Below are positions 8,501 to 20,759 of a stretch of 64,000 nt of DNA, in pieces. The stretch is from Ignavibacteriota bacterium (GTDB lineage Bacteria; Bacteroidota; Ignavibacteria; UBA10030; CAVZMI01), in the NCBI GenBank assembly GCA_963776275.1, contig CAVZMI010000012.1:1-64000 (forward strand), written 5' to 3'. Positions within the stretch are counted from its first letter, which is position 1; the number at the start of each line of letters is the position of its first letter. A program made the translations under genes and the position numbers. The notes below the pieces were generated by a model. The model ran no database searches. It worked only from the letters and a program-made list of their open reading frames with translations, and was not told where the DNA came from.

Positions 8501-10078
8501 ATGGTCTCTCTTTCAGGACAGGGTAAAGTTGCATTAGGTGTATTCGTTGATGGACTGGATGTGAAATTAGCGCATCTCTCGCGTGCAGGGAAAAGAGTAT
8601 TCCTTCGAGATCTGAAGAAAGTGACGCTTGTCCGGAGACTTGAAGAAGAGCAGATGCTCGAAGGCGCCGGAGGTCTGGGGGGTGATGTTGAAGATGCATT
8701 CAATCTCTCTGCTACGACCATCACCGAAGGAGCACTTGAAGATCGTGGGGCAGATTCAAATGCATCGGTGATCCTCGGTCTGTTGAGCGAATATCCACGG
8801 CAAAAATACCAGCTCTCGTACAGCATTTCCGAACCGGTCATCTTCTATCATACTCTTGAAAGCGACGGCGGTTTGAAGGGAGAGAAACTCAAGACGCGAA
8901 TTATTGAAGATCTTCAAAATCTCCGATCAATCAAACCGGATCGGGAAGCCCTATCGTATTTCAAGACGGAAGAAAATAACATTGTAGCCATTGTTCGTGA
9001 AGACGGTCTTCAGCTCATCAGTATCTTCAAGGAAATTAAAACATTCCTCGGCGGGCGAATCCCAAAGATTCCTACGATCGGGAGTGCCGATATCGCACTG
9101 ATTAATCTCATCCGCTTGAATTATTATTTTTCCGAAGATGAAATATCGATACTTGTATATGTCGGTGTAGAATTCAGCCGAATCATTTTCTTACGCGGAA
9201 CACATTTCTTGCATTTCGCACCGGTGATCGGCGAAGGCTTTGAATCGCCCATGCTCCAAAATACGCTCTATAGCCGTATTCTCCTGGAGCAGGATAATCT
9301 TGCGATACCGCATATACACCGAATCATCCTCGCGGGCCATTATGGTGAAGTCGATTTAAAAGCAATGCTGGGTCCACAATTTGCCGATATTGAGGTGGAA
9401 CCGATCAGGTTATCGAATCTCGAGATATCCACATTTGAAGGTGGGGGGGATCTTGGAGATATCGAGATGAAGATCGCAGAATTCTCGATTCCTATCGCGA
9501 CAGCGTGGGGAGTTCTCGATCCGACAAACAAGCTGCTCTATTCTGTAGATCTTCTTCCCAAGACAATAAAGGAAGAGCAAAAAGTATTCAAGGTTGCGTG
9601 GCATGGACTCGTCGTACTTGTATTGATATTTCTCTTAACCCTCTTTCTTACGTCGAATGTTGCCGAGAAAATCCGCGAGATTGGAGGGCTCCGTGAAGCT
9701 TTTAAGGTGAAACAGGCGCAGTTATTGGAGAATCAGCGGATGCAGACACAAATCGATAGTATCCAGGCGCAAATGCAGCAATACACAAAATCGTTGGCAC
9801 TGTTCGATTCTTTGGTACCGGGGAGTGATCGTTGGGCAAAAAGCGTTTCGGGCATTGCCAATGGCGTGGATGATATCAGCTCGTCATGGATTACAAGCTT
9901 TCGAAGCACACCGACTGGCGGGACTGTTGTGAATGGATTCTCGGTCTATCGGGCCCGGATTCCACGGATAGTGAGTCTGTTTGGAGAGCAGGCGGTGTTG
10001 AGAAAGGTAACGGTTCAAAAAATCCGGGAAAAAATTGTATACGAATTTGAGATCGAAGTTCCAAAGCCGGCTAAATAA
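8501..10078 (+). CDS. Fused PilM-PilN-like alignment protein
   Basis: Actin-like N-terminal part (ALGVFVDG, YVGVEFSRIIF, IILAG), then VDLLP, a TM helix, coiled coil and PilN-like C-terminus. Confidence 0.65.
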   Translation: MVSLSGQGKVALGVFVDGLDVKLAHLSRAGKRVFLRDLKKVTLVRRLEEEQMLEGAGGLGGDVEDAFNLSATTITEGALEDRGADSNASVILGLLSEYPRQKYQLSYSISEPVIFYHTLESDGGLKGEKLKTRIIEDLQNLRSIKPDREALSYFKTEENNIVAIVREDGLQLISIFKEIKTFLGGRIPKIPTIGSADIALINLIRLNYYFSEDEISILVYVGVEFSRIIFLRGTHFLHFAPVIGEGFESPMLQNTLYSRILLEQDNLAIPHIHRIILAGHYGEVDLKAMLGPQFADIEVEPIRLSNLEISTFEGGGDLGDIEMKIAEFSIPIATAWGVLDPTNKLLYSVDLLPKTIKEEQKVFKVAWHGLVVLVLIFLLTLFLTSNVAEKIREIGGLREAFKVKQAQLLENQRMQTQIDSIQAQMQQYTKSLALFDSLVPGSDRWAKSVSGIANGVDDISSSWITSFRSTPTGGTVVNGFSVYRARIPRIVSLFGEQAVLRKVTVQKIREKIVYEFEIEVPKPAK

Positions 10079-10110
10079 CAAAGCCAACTCATTTTAGAAG
10101 GAGTCCAGCG

Positions 10111-11001
10111 TTGTCATACGCACTGCGGAACACATTAGTGTTAGGCGTGATGTTGCTTATCATTCTGGCTGTTGGAATATACTTTATCGGGGTTCCATTA
10201 TCCCCGGCAGGCATACGGCAATCAGAAAAAGTATGAAACAGCTGGATGTTCAGCTTCAAAACACACCTGATCTCGTCAATCGGTATAATGAAGCATCACT
10301 TCAACTGAATGACATGGAAAAACGTTGGAGCGGTCGGAGTAAGGATATTCCGACATACGATGCAACTTCTCAAACATACGCCTATCTCAATCGAATCATG
10401 GATTTGAGCGGTTTTGTAAAAATGGACATGGTATATACAGGCGTTCAAAACAAAACAAACTATGGATTTAATATCTATGGCTTGAAAGGTGAAGGATCGT
10501 TTGAAAATCTTTACCGATTCCTCTGGTATATCGAGAATGGCCGGCGGCTGTATAAGATCAATGCGATTACGCTGAAAGGAAATCCGGTAAAGGAAAAGGA
10601 AAATGAAGCGGCAACGACGGTCGTGGTCTTTGAAATTGAACTTTATGCTTATTTTCACATCATTGCCCGAATTAGCATCGTCCATCGGCTGGCGCGATAC
10701 GATCGCGACTCCTCCCTCAGGGAATCCATTCCTGGCGGCAATCGCGGCAGACCTCCCGCCCAATACGCGGGGTTTGATAGAAGTCGAGCGATCTGATTTG
10801 AAAGCTGTTATTCCGGGGAAAGCGTTTGTTCTTGATCAGGCTGGTGTCATGCGGTCACTAACTGAAGGGGATGAAGTCTACTTGGGATATGTCTCACGGA
10901 TTCTCCCCGAGCAAGGGAAAGTCGAATTCACACTGAATAAGGCAGGTATCGTAGAACAGTTTGAACTTCGTATTCGTTTTGAATCATCCACAACGAAATG
11001 A
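10111..11001 (+). CDS. PilO(-PilP)-like protein, frameshifted
   Basis: TTG start after AAGGAG with a TM helix (MSYALRNTLVLG...), continued by ORFs 10233-10796 (GSFENLYRFL..IE..RRL) and 10603-11001. Confidence 0.65.
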
Positions 11002-11010
11002 GGATACAAA

Positions 11011-12206
11011 ATGAGAACAATTTTGGTTTTGTGCGTTTTTACTGTAGTGTTCTGGAGCTGGATTCACAGCCCTCGCACAATCACCGACAGAGATGCAGCG
11101 TATTTCGAAAGGATATATCTCACCCGATGAGATCGTGACGATATCGCGTACCATGCCGTTCGATAAAGCGCTTGCCGTGATCTCGGAGGTCAGTAAGAAA
11201 TTTGCTGGGGAAAATTATAATTGATCCTGAAAAGCGAACAACCGCCATCGGTGTGGATATCACAGGAATGTACTGGAAAGAAGCATTGGAGTTGATACTC
11301 CGGACAAATTCGATCTGGTATGATGAAGCAGCCGACTATATCCGCATTCTCTCGACACCAAAGGGGGGAGCGGTAAATGGGGGAAGAAATTCCGACTCTG
11401 CGAACTCGTGAAGTCAGTATCTCCGCTGTATTTTTTGAACTCGATGTTGAAAAACTAAATGAATCGGGTATCAATTGGAGCATTCTACAGGGGGAAAACG
11501 TAAACGTCGGCGGTACAATGACAACGAACGACCGGCTCTCACAACAAGAGGTCTTTGAGATTACAATCGAACCAAAATCTGAAAAGCTCGCGCTCGATCT
11601 TAATGCCGCCATTCGATTTTTCGAACAGAATCAAACAGGGGAAGTGATTGCCCGTCCGCAAATCGTTGTTCGTTCAGGCCAGGTCGGAAGAATGCAGATT
11701 GGAACTGAATTTGGTGTATATCAGAGAGACTTTGCAGGCAATTTAACGACTCAATTTTTCTCGGCTGGAACGATCATTGAAGTAACCCCGACAATTATTA
11801 ATCAACAAGGGAATTGATTTCGTCAGCATGGCGATCGATGTCCAGACGGAGTGCACTCACATCTATCAGTCCGCCGGTTCTTGATAAAACACAGGCAAAA
11901 ACCAAAGTTCTTCTTCTCGATGGCGAGGAGACCGTCATCGGAGGATTATATAATAACGAAGAATCGACGATCCGACTCGGAATTCCGATCTTGAAAGATC
12001 TCCCATGGTGGGTGTTCGGCTTGCGGTATCTCTTCGGGTATGATCGCGTTCTAACAACACGAAAAGAACTCGTCATGATCATCAGTGCTGAACTCGTACC
12101 GTCACTTCAGGATCGCGTAACGACAAAAGGAACAAATGAAAATTTGATCCAGGAAACACTCAAGGGATACCGGCAGGATGCTAAGAATAAAAAACGCGAC
12201 CAGTAA
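11011..12206 (+). CDS. pilQ: Secretin PilQ/GspD family, several frameshifts
   Basis: Fragments contain WKEALELIL, GINWS, IARPQIVV, GTIIEVTP, GEETVIGGL, GIPILKDLP..LF, RKELV. Confidence 0.8.
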
Positions 12207-12245
12207 GTTAAGCATAGGGTGTGAATTATTAAAAGGAACTTTGCC

Positions 12246-15200
12246 ATGAAAAAGCAGTTCTTTGTTGTTCTATTTCTTGCATTCACAATGTTGTATTTCT
12301 TCGGTTGTGAAAAGAAAACCACGCCAACTGAAACCACCACGGGACTGAAAGAGAATGAGTTTATCATCACCGGAAAAGTAACACGCTCCGATACAAAAGG
12401 AGCCCGTTTCTGATGCGATTGTCTCATTTTATGTCGAAAATCCGGTTGCGACACGCACGGATACCGCCGGCTATTATGGTTTTAGTATCACGACAACAGT
12501 TGTCTACACAGCGAAGATAGTTGCTTCAAAAGAAGGCGTCGGGACATCGGATACATTGGAGGTTACCGTATATCCCCAACGGCAAATCAGCCAGGATATC
12601 ACCATTAAAACTACTACCGTACCGGTCAGGAAATCCGGACCGCAGCAAGCATTGTGTTGCTTTCTACATCAGCGGATAATATCAGCGTCAAAGGAACCGG
12701 GTCAAATGAGTCATCACAGCTAGCATTCGAAGTGCGCGACTCGAGCGCAGTACCGGTTGATCCGGCTCATAAGGTGACGGTCACTTTTGCCATTCAGGGC
12801 GGACCCAATGGCGGCGAGTTTGTCTCCCCGCATAGTCAAGACACTGACAGCTCTGGTCAGGTTAAGGTAACACTCGGTTCGGGAACGAAGCCGGGGGTAT
12901 TGCAACTGGTCGCCCAGGCGATCGTTGGATCACGGCAGATTCAATCATCGCCGGTATCGGTCTCGATCGTTGGTGGACTTCCCGATTCGGCGCATTTTAC
13001 ATTATCGTCGAATGTACTAACAAATCTTGTCTGGCCTTCAACAGGCGATCCTATCGGCCAGATCAATGCTCAGGTTGGTGATAAATTTGGAAATCCTGCC
13101 AGACTCGGTACACCTGTCTATTTCTCTGCGAGTGCAGGAGTTATCGAAGGAACGGCAAAAACTGATGACAAAGGAAAAGTGTCCGTGACGTGGTCGGGTG
13201 GGAATCCGACACCTTTATCGGACGGTCGGGCGTATGTAACAGCCAGCACGATTGGAGAAAAAGGCGTTATTATTATAGATACATTACGGTTTGAGTTTGG
13301 AAAGATCGTATTACCACACCGTCCGGGTGCTGCGAGCATAAGTCTTGTTTCTATAAGTCGACAACAATTAAGCGTTCGTGGAGCCGGGACAAATGAATCG
13401 GCCGATATAATTTTTGAAATCCGTGATTCAACCGGTGTTCCGGTTGGTCTCAGTAATCAAGTGACAGTGAATTTTTCTATTCAGGGTTCCTTGAATGGCG
13501 GTGAGTTCCTTACACCGGTATCGGCAGCGACTGACACCGCCGGGAGAGTTAAAACAATAATCAATGCAGGTACGAAAGCCGGTGTCATTCAAATCAGCGC
13601 TCTGGTGCAGGTAGGTACGGCAGTCATTCGTTCGTCACAGGTCACGGTAACAATCTCCGGCGGAGCGCCCGATCGGTATCACTTCTCGATGACTTCAAAT
13701 GTTATATCGAATATCGATTGGCCGCAGGCGGGAACAGTAATCGGTACGATCAAGGTACAGATCGGCGACATATACAGTAATCCGGTTCAGCAAAATACAT
13801 CGGTTTATTTTTCAACAACAGCAGGGATTATTCAGAGTACCGGTTATACCGATGAGACTGGAATTGTGAATGTAAAATGGTATTCTGGAAACCCACCACC
13901 ACAGAATAATGGCTTGGCAATTGTGAAAGCGGCGGTTGTCGGTGAGAACGGCGTGGCAATTACTGATTCTCTGATGTTTGTGTTCACCGGATCGGCCCGT
14001 AAATCCGAACCAGCGACCAGCATCGTGCTGATTTCGACCTCTGAGAACAATATCAGCGTGAAAGGAACAGGTGCAAACGAATCTTCCCAGCTGATATTCG
14101 AGGTACGCGACTCGAGCGGAGTTCCGGTTAATATAGAGAATAAAACCACCGTCACGTTCAGCATCCAGGGTGGTCCGAATGGAGGCGAATTCGTTTCCCC
14201 GCACAGCAAGGATACCGACAGCTCCGGTCAGGTCAAAGTGACCCTTGGAGCCGGAACCAAACCGGGAGTGTTACAGGTAATCGCAGAGGCGATCGTCGGA
14301 GCGCGTCAGATCAAATCCTCCCCGGTCTCGGTATCGATCGTCGGTGGATTACCCGATGCAGCGCACTTTACACTGTCGTCGGATATCCCGGTGAATATTG
14401 CATGGCCGCAGACGGGAACAGTAATCGGTACGATCAATGTTCAGGTCGGTGATAAATTTGGAAATCCGGCTAGACCCGGTACACCTGTCTATTTCTCTGC
14501 GAGTGCAGGAGTTATCGAAGGAACGGCAAAAACTGATGACAAAGGAAAAGTGTCCGTGACGTGGTCGGGTGGAAATCCTCCTCCGTCCGAAGATGGTCAG
14601 GCATATATCACGGCGAATACGATCGGCGAGAACGGCATTCAGATTTCAGATATACTTCATTTTGAATTCGGAAAAATCATAGTGCCGCATCGTCCGGGTG
14701 CTGCGAGCATAAGTCTTATTTCTGTTAGTCGACAGCAATTAAGCGTACGTGGAGCCGGAACGAATGAATCGGCAGATATTATTTTTGAGATCCGGGATTC
14801 GGTCGGCGTCCCGGTTGGTCTCAGTAATAAAGTTACAGTGAATTTTTCAATTCAGGGCGGTTTGAATGGAGGCGAATATCTTACGCCTGTGTCGGCAGAA
14901 ACTGATACTTCCGGACGGGTTAAGACAACGGTCAATACAGGCTTCAAGGCGGGTGTCATTCAGATAAGCGCAATCGTGCAGGTAGGAACTGCTACGATCC
15001 ATTCCTCTCAGGTGACCCTGACAATCTCAGGTGGTCCCCCTGACCAGGATCATTTTGCGTTAACATCGGATATTAAGTCGAATATAGATTGGCCGAAAGC
15101 GGGCACGGTACTCGGACAAGTAAAAGTCCAAGTAGGTGATAAGTTTGGGAACCCGGTTCAAGTAGGGACGGCAGTGTTTTTCTCAGCATCTTGTGGTATT

Positions 15201-16466
15201 ATTCAGGGTGCTGGATATACCGATGCGAGCGGCTTTGTCTCCGTTTCATGGAACGCAGGAAACCCAACTCCGAAATCGGATGGAAGTGCATTTATTACGG
15301 CCGAAACAATCGGTGAGAATGGAATAACTATCACGGATACACTTCAATTCATCTTTACAGGCCCATCTATAACGGGCGGGAATGCGAGATATATAAAATT
15401 TATTTCAGCTACCACAACATTGCTATCCGTCGATCAAGCGGCCGGTCCACAGAGCACCGATGTAATCTTCGAAGTCGATGATTCCTTAGGGATGCCTGTC
15501 AATAAGAATCATCAGGTAACAGTATCATTCTCATTTTCGTATGCCCCACCAGGTACGATGATGACTCAACCGACATGCCTTACCGACCCTCAAAATGGAC
15601 GCGTTCGAACGATAGTAGTTGCAGGAACGGTTGCCGGTCCTCTCCAGATAAAGGCATCGCTCACAACTGCGGAGGGGGCAACAATTACATCAACACCAGT
15701 GAAAATTGATATTTCAGGCGGATTACCCGATTTCGATCATTTTACTGTTGCTACTGAGAGGGTGAATTCTCCGGCATGGTGGTGGAAGGGATATGTAACT
15801 AAGACCGATGCTCTGGTCGGAGATAAGTATAGTAATCCAGTCCAACCGGGTACTGCTGTCTATTTCTCCACTACATGTGGTGTTATTGATAATAATACTG
15901 CGTTCACAGATAAGTATGGAGATGCGACGGTTAGTCAGATCAGTGGCATCCCATTTCCACCTCTGGGACAGGCAACAATTACAGCCACAACAGTAGGTGA
16001 AAATGGGGTTCAGATACAAAGAACAATTTCACTATTGATCACGGGACATGCGCATATTGCGAATGTTATGGTGTCTCCTAATGGACGTTCCAACTTCACT
16101 CCATTTACTATTGATAGTCTCTTTCATGTCCCGGTTGGTGGAAGAATTTATGTTTCATTCGATGTATTCGACGAGAATGAGAATGTACTGTCTGCAGGAA
16201 CAACTATAACTGCGGAGATTGGTTTTACACCTCCACCCTTGACATCATATATCGTTAAGGTCTCTGGATTACCACGAGATCCTCTAGGAGATACTCAACA
16301 GAAAGGGCCAGGGCTGACACATTTCCTTATTTCGATTATAGATGGAACTATCGGTGGTACAAACTCTAAGTGGTCTGGGTACATCACGATTGCCGTGAAG
16401 GCTCCCTATGCAAGCGGTATTTCTTCGACAGATTACTACACTCTTAATGGTGAGCTCGGCCCGTGA
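12246..16466 (+). CDS. Large lipoprotein with tandem Ig-like (invasin/Big-1-like) repeats; frameshifts in the first 400 bp
   Basis: MKKQFFVVLFLAFTMLYFFG-C lipobox at 12246; the 1270-aa ORF has five units of about 228 aa (FEVRDSSG.PV, GDKFGNP..GT.VYF, TD..G). Confidence 0.75.
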
Positions 16467-16508
16467 TAGCTCGATTTCTCGATAATTACTTTAACGGACA
16501 CGGTACCT

Positions 16509-17015
16509 ATGGAAACAGCGCGAGAATCTATAAAAGAACAAACCAGCGTCTTGCTCGTCGATGACGAGGAAGCCCTCCGATCGACCCTTGCGGGTGAGCT
16601 TACGAACGAGGGATTCAGAGTGAAGGAGGCTGCCGATGGCGATATCGCGATCGACATGGTTAAAAAAGAGAATTTTGATGTCGTCTTGCTCGATATCAAA
16701 ATGCCTCATGTGGACGGTTTCGAGGTGCTCAAATTTGTAAAGATGCACCACCCCGAAACGAAGGTCATCATGCTGACCGCGTTCGGTGACATGCAAAATG
16801 CGATCCAATCGCTGAAACTCGGCGCAAGCGACTTTGCAAGCAAACCGTACGATTTCCACGATTTGCTTGCGACAATATCTACGAGCGCTGGCAAAATAAA
16901 AGTAAATCAGATTGTTAAAATTACAACGCCATCCCGATCAATCGAGATGGCGTTCGTATTATGTACAGCGGCCCGTAATTTGTGTACACCTGCTTTGTTA
17001 CTCAAGCGATTTTGA
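16509..17015 (+). CDS. Single-domain response regulator; the true stop may be near 16899 if an indel is corrected
   Basis: [25 protein letters not shown]. Confidence 0.85.
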   Translation: METARESIKEQTSVLLVDDEEALRSTLAGELTNEGFRVKEAADGDIAIDMVKKENFDVVLLDIKMPHVDGFEVLKFVKMHHPETKVIMLTAFGDMQNAIQSLKLGASDFASKPYDFHDLLATISTSAGKIKVNQIVKITTPSRSIEMAFVLCTAARNLCTPALLLKRF

Positions 17016-18278
17016 TGCAGCCTGTATCGTTTTTTCAATATCCTCTTCTGTGTGTGCGGCTGAAATAAAAGCAGCTTCAAATTGAGAAGGCGCGAGATAG
17101 ATACCCTGCTCGAGCATTGCATTGAAGAATGATGAAAATTTCTTCGCATCCGATGTCTTTGCCGATTCGTAATCGACTACTTCATTCGATGTGAAAAATA
17201 TCGTGAACATTGAGCCAACCCGGTTAAATCTGATCGGAAGTTCCAGGTTGTCAATAATATGTTGAATTCCTTTACCGAGCGCACAAGACGGTTCTCTAAT
17301 TGTTGGTAGATCGACGGATCATTCTCGAGTAACGAAAGCATCGCGTTCCCTGCGGTCATTGCGAGCGGATTGCCCGAAAGCGTTCCCGCCTGATACATCG
17401 GGACCGGCAGGTGCAACCATCTGCATAATTTCTGATTTTCCGCCATATGCACCGACTGGAAGACCACCGCCAATAATTTTTCCAAGCGTTACAAGGTCTC
17501 CATATACGCCGTAAAGTTCTTCGGCTCCACCGAGGGCGACACGAAATCCGGTCATGACTTCATCGATGATGAATACAATCCCATATCGTGTGCAAATGTT
17601 CCTTAGCCCCTGCAGGAAACCCCGGCGCGGGGGAACACATCCCATATTCCCTGACAACGGTTCTATAATGACGGCGGCGATTTGATCGTGATTTTGCTGA
17701 ATGAGTGTTTCTACCGATGCGAGATCATTATATCGCGCCGTCAATGTACCTGATGCTATTGCAATCGGAACTCCGGGGCTGTCGGGAACACCGAGTGTCA
17801 TCGCTCCGGAACCCGCCCGAATCAGGAACGAATCTCCGTGTCCATGATAACATCCCTCGAACTTGACGATTTTATCACGTCCGGTATAGGCACGGGCAAG
17901 ACGAATCGCGCTCATCGTCGCTTCGGTGCCCGAATTTACCATTCGAACCATCTCCACCCACGGCATGCATGTGGTTATTCGTTCGGCAAGCTGTATCTCG
18001 AGTTCCGTTGGCGCACCAAAACTGGTCCCTAGCTCTGCTGCACGTTTTACTGCATCGATGATGGTGGGATGAGCATGACCGAGAATCATTGGCCCCCATG
18101 AACAGACGTAGTCGATGTATTCATTTCCGTCGACATCCCAGATTTTCGATCCGCGGGCTTTTTGGATGAAGAGAGGATTGCGTCCGACCGATTTGAAGGC
18201 CCGCACCGGAGAATTCACGCCGCCCGGAATAAGATCCTGTGCCCGGTTAAATAATGCATCAGATGTCTGTGTTTTCAT
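16998..18278 (-). CDS. hemL: Glutamate-1-semialdehyde 2,1-aminomutase (frameshifted)
   Basis: [57 protein letters not shown] spread over three ORFs. Confidence 0.93.
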
Positions 18279-18289
18279 TCCGCTTCAGA

Positions 18290-19321
18290 TTATTTCTTGA
18301 GTATTCGGGATGCATCTTTTGCAAAGTATGTCAGTATCAGATCTGCTCCGGCCCGTTTGATTGCGGTCAGCACTTCCATCATTACACGTTCTTCATCAAT
18401 CCAGCCGAGCTTAGCTGCAGCTTTGATCATTGAATATTCGCCGCTGACATTGTAGGCGGCTGTGGGCATCCGAAATTCATCTTTGACACGGCGGATGATG
18501 TCGAGATAAGAAAGCGCGGGTTTCACCATAACGATATCGGCTCCTTCCCGAATGTCGAGTGCAACTTCACGGATTGCCTCATCGCTGTTAGCCGGATCCA
18601 TCTGGTGCGACCGCCTATCGCCGAATTTCGGGGTGCTCTCGGCGGCTTCGCGAAACGGTCCGTAAAAACCCGATGCGTATTTTGCCGAATACGCCATAAT
18701 CGGTAGGTTGAGGAATCCATTCTCGTCGAGGATTTTCCTGATCGCGGCCACCCGTCCGTCCATCATATCCGATGGGGCAACCATATCGGCGCCGGCCTGG
18801 ACGTGACTGAGCGATTGCTTTGCAAGAAGAGATAGGGTTTCATCGTTAACAATTTCGTCACCGCGGACAATACCGCAGTGTCCATGCGAAGTATATTCGC
18901 AGAGGCAGACATCGGTAATGATATACATATCAGGAACATCGTGTTTGATTGCTCGGATGGCTTGTTGGATGATGCCGCGGTCATCATAGGCTTCCGATCC
19001 CACCTCATCCTTTTTTTCCGGGATACCAAAGAGGATAACGGCAGGGATTCCGAGAGATTGAACCTCGGCGCATTCGCGTACGATTGTATCGACCGACATC
19101 TGATAGACACCGGGCATTGAGCCGACTTCTCTTTTTACCTTTGTTCCCGGGCAGACGAATAGGGGATAGATAAAATCTGAAGGAGAGATTTCGGTCTCGC
19201 GTATCATCGTACGGATTACCGGGGACATGCGCAAGCGGCGTAGTCGCGTTGTTGGATATCCGGTGTGAAATCCAGTTTTCATCGGAATCATTCCTTTTAA
19301 AAGACCAACATCATGAACCAC
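18290..19321 (-). CDS. hemB: Porphobilinogen synthase
   Basis: [40 protein letters not shown]. Confidence 0.95.
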   Translation of the reverse strand: MVHDVGLLKGMIPMKTGFHTGYPTTRLRRLRMSPVIRTMIRETEISPSDFIYPLFVCPGTKVKREVGSMPGVYQMSVDTIVRECAEVQSLGIPAVILFGIPEKKDEVGSEAYDDRGIIQQAIRAIKHDVPDMYIITDVCLCEYTSHGHCGIVRGDEIVNDETLSLLAKQSLSHVQAGADMVAPSDMMDGRVAAIRKILDENGFLNLPIMAYSAKYASGFYGPFREAAESTPKFGDRRSHQMDPANSDEAIREVALDIREGADIVMVKPALSYLDIIRRVKDEFRMPTAAYNVSGEYSMIKAAAKLGWIDEERVMMEVLTAIKRAGADLILTYFAKDASRILKK

Positions 19322-19388
19322 CGCTGAATATCAGGGCATTGCAGCTTACAGCATAATTAATAGTGATGCAATCAGCACTTGAATTTTT

Positions 19389-20696
19389 CTACCCCCGTTT
19401 TTGTATAGGGATATACTCGCGTTTGTCTATTCCGAGATAGAGCTGACGCGGACGCGCAATTTTTTGCTCAGGATCATGCAGCATTTCAAGCCACTGGGCG
19501 ACCCATCCCGATGTACGGCTGATTGCAAACAGCACTGTGAACATCGATGCCGGCAATCCCATCGACTGATAAATCAGGCCTGAGTAGAAGTCAATATTGG
19601 GGTAGAGTTTTCGTTTGATGAAGTAATCGTCTTCGAGGCCGATCCGTTCCAGCTCGAGTGCAATGTCGAGCAATGGATTTTTTCCCGTTACTTCAAAAAC
19701 TTCATAAGCAAGTTTTTTAATTATTTTCGCGCGCGGATCGTAATTCTTATATACCCGATGGCCGAAGCCCATCAGTTTTCCTTTTCCCTCTTTCACTTCT
19801 TTAATAAAAGCGGGTACTTTTTCTTTCGAGCCGATTCCATTGAGCATTTTGATCACTTCTTCATTGGCGCCACCGTGGACAGGTCCGGAGAGGGCTGCGG
19901 TTGCAGATGCGATCGCAGAGTACGGATCGACACGCGAGCTTCCGATATTGCGCATTGCATTCGTGCTGCAATTCTGTTCGTGGTCAGCATGCAAAATGAA
20001 AAGGGTATCGAGTACTTTTACAAGAACTGGATTTGGTTCATATTTAAGTTCCGTCATCCTGAAAAGCATGTTCAGGAAATTCTCAATATAATTAAGATCG
20101 TCATCAGGATATGAATAATGGAATCCGCGTAAGTGCCGATAAGCGAACGCGGAGACAGTCGGAACCTTTGCAATGAGGCGATGTGTGGAGAGTCTGAGAA
20201 CTTCGGGATCGTTAATATTTTTCGCGTCGGGGTAAAACGTCGAAAGAGCAGCAAGTGTGCTGATAAGCATTCCCATCGGGTGAGCATCGTAGTGGAAACC
20301 GTCAAGGAATTTCTTCACATTCTCGTTCATGAGCGTATGATGTTTGATGTTCTTAGCCCATTCATCCAGCTGTGACGCTGTTGGAAGCTCTCCGTAGATG
20401 AGTAGGTATGCAGTTTCAAGATATGTGCTTTTCTCTGCAAGTTGCTCAATTGGATAACCGCGATAACGAAGTATCCCTTTTTCCCCATCGATGAATGTGA
20501 TGCTGCTCTTGCAGGCAGCCGTATTCATGAACGCAGGGTCATATACCAACAGTCCAAAATCGTCTTCAGAGATCTTGATCTGGCGGAGATCGATTGCACG
20601 GATGGCTCCATCCTGGACTGGAATCTCATATTGCTTCCCGTTTCGATTGTCAATAATCTTTAGTGTATCTGCGCTCATGAAAAATTTCCTTTCCAA
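19389..20696 (-). CDS. gltA: Citrate synthase
   Basis: LHADHEQNCST, HGGANE, LMGFGHRVYKNYDPRA, YPNIDFYSG. Confidence 0.95.
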   Translation of the reverse strand: MERKFFMSADTLKIIDNRNGKQYEIPVQDGAIRAIDLRQIKISEDDFGLLVYDPAFMNTAACKSSITFIDGEKGILRYRGYPIEQLAEKSTYLETAYLLIYGELPTASQLDEWAKNIKHHTLMNENVKKFLDGFHYDAHPMGMLISTLAALSTFYPDAKNINDPEVLRLSTHRLIAKVPTVSAFAYRHLRGFHYSYPDDDLNYIENFLNMLFRMTELKYEPNPVLVKVLDTLFILHADHEQNCSTNAMRNIGSSRVDPYSAIASATAALSGPVHGGANEEVIKMLNGIGSKEKVPAFIKEVKEGKGKLMGFGHRVYKNYDPRAKIIKKLAYEVFEVTGKNPLLDIALELERIGLEDDYFIKRKLYPNIDFYSGLIYQSMGLPASMFTVLFAISRTSGWVAQWLEMLHDPEQKIARPRQLYLGIDKREYIPIQKRG

Positions 20697-20759
20697 AATT
20701 ATTCAGACTGGAATTTATTGTTCAAAAAAGAATAGAATACGCGCCGGTCGTTTCTCCTC

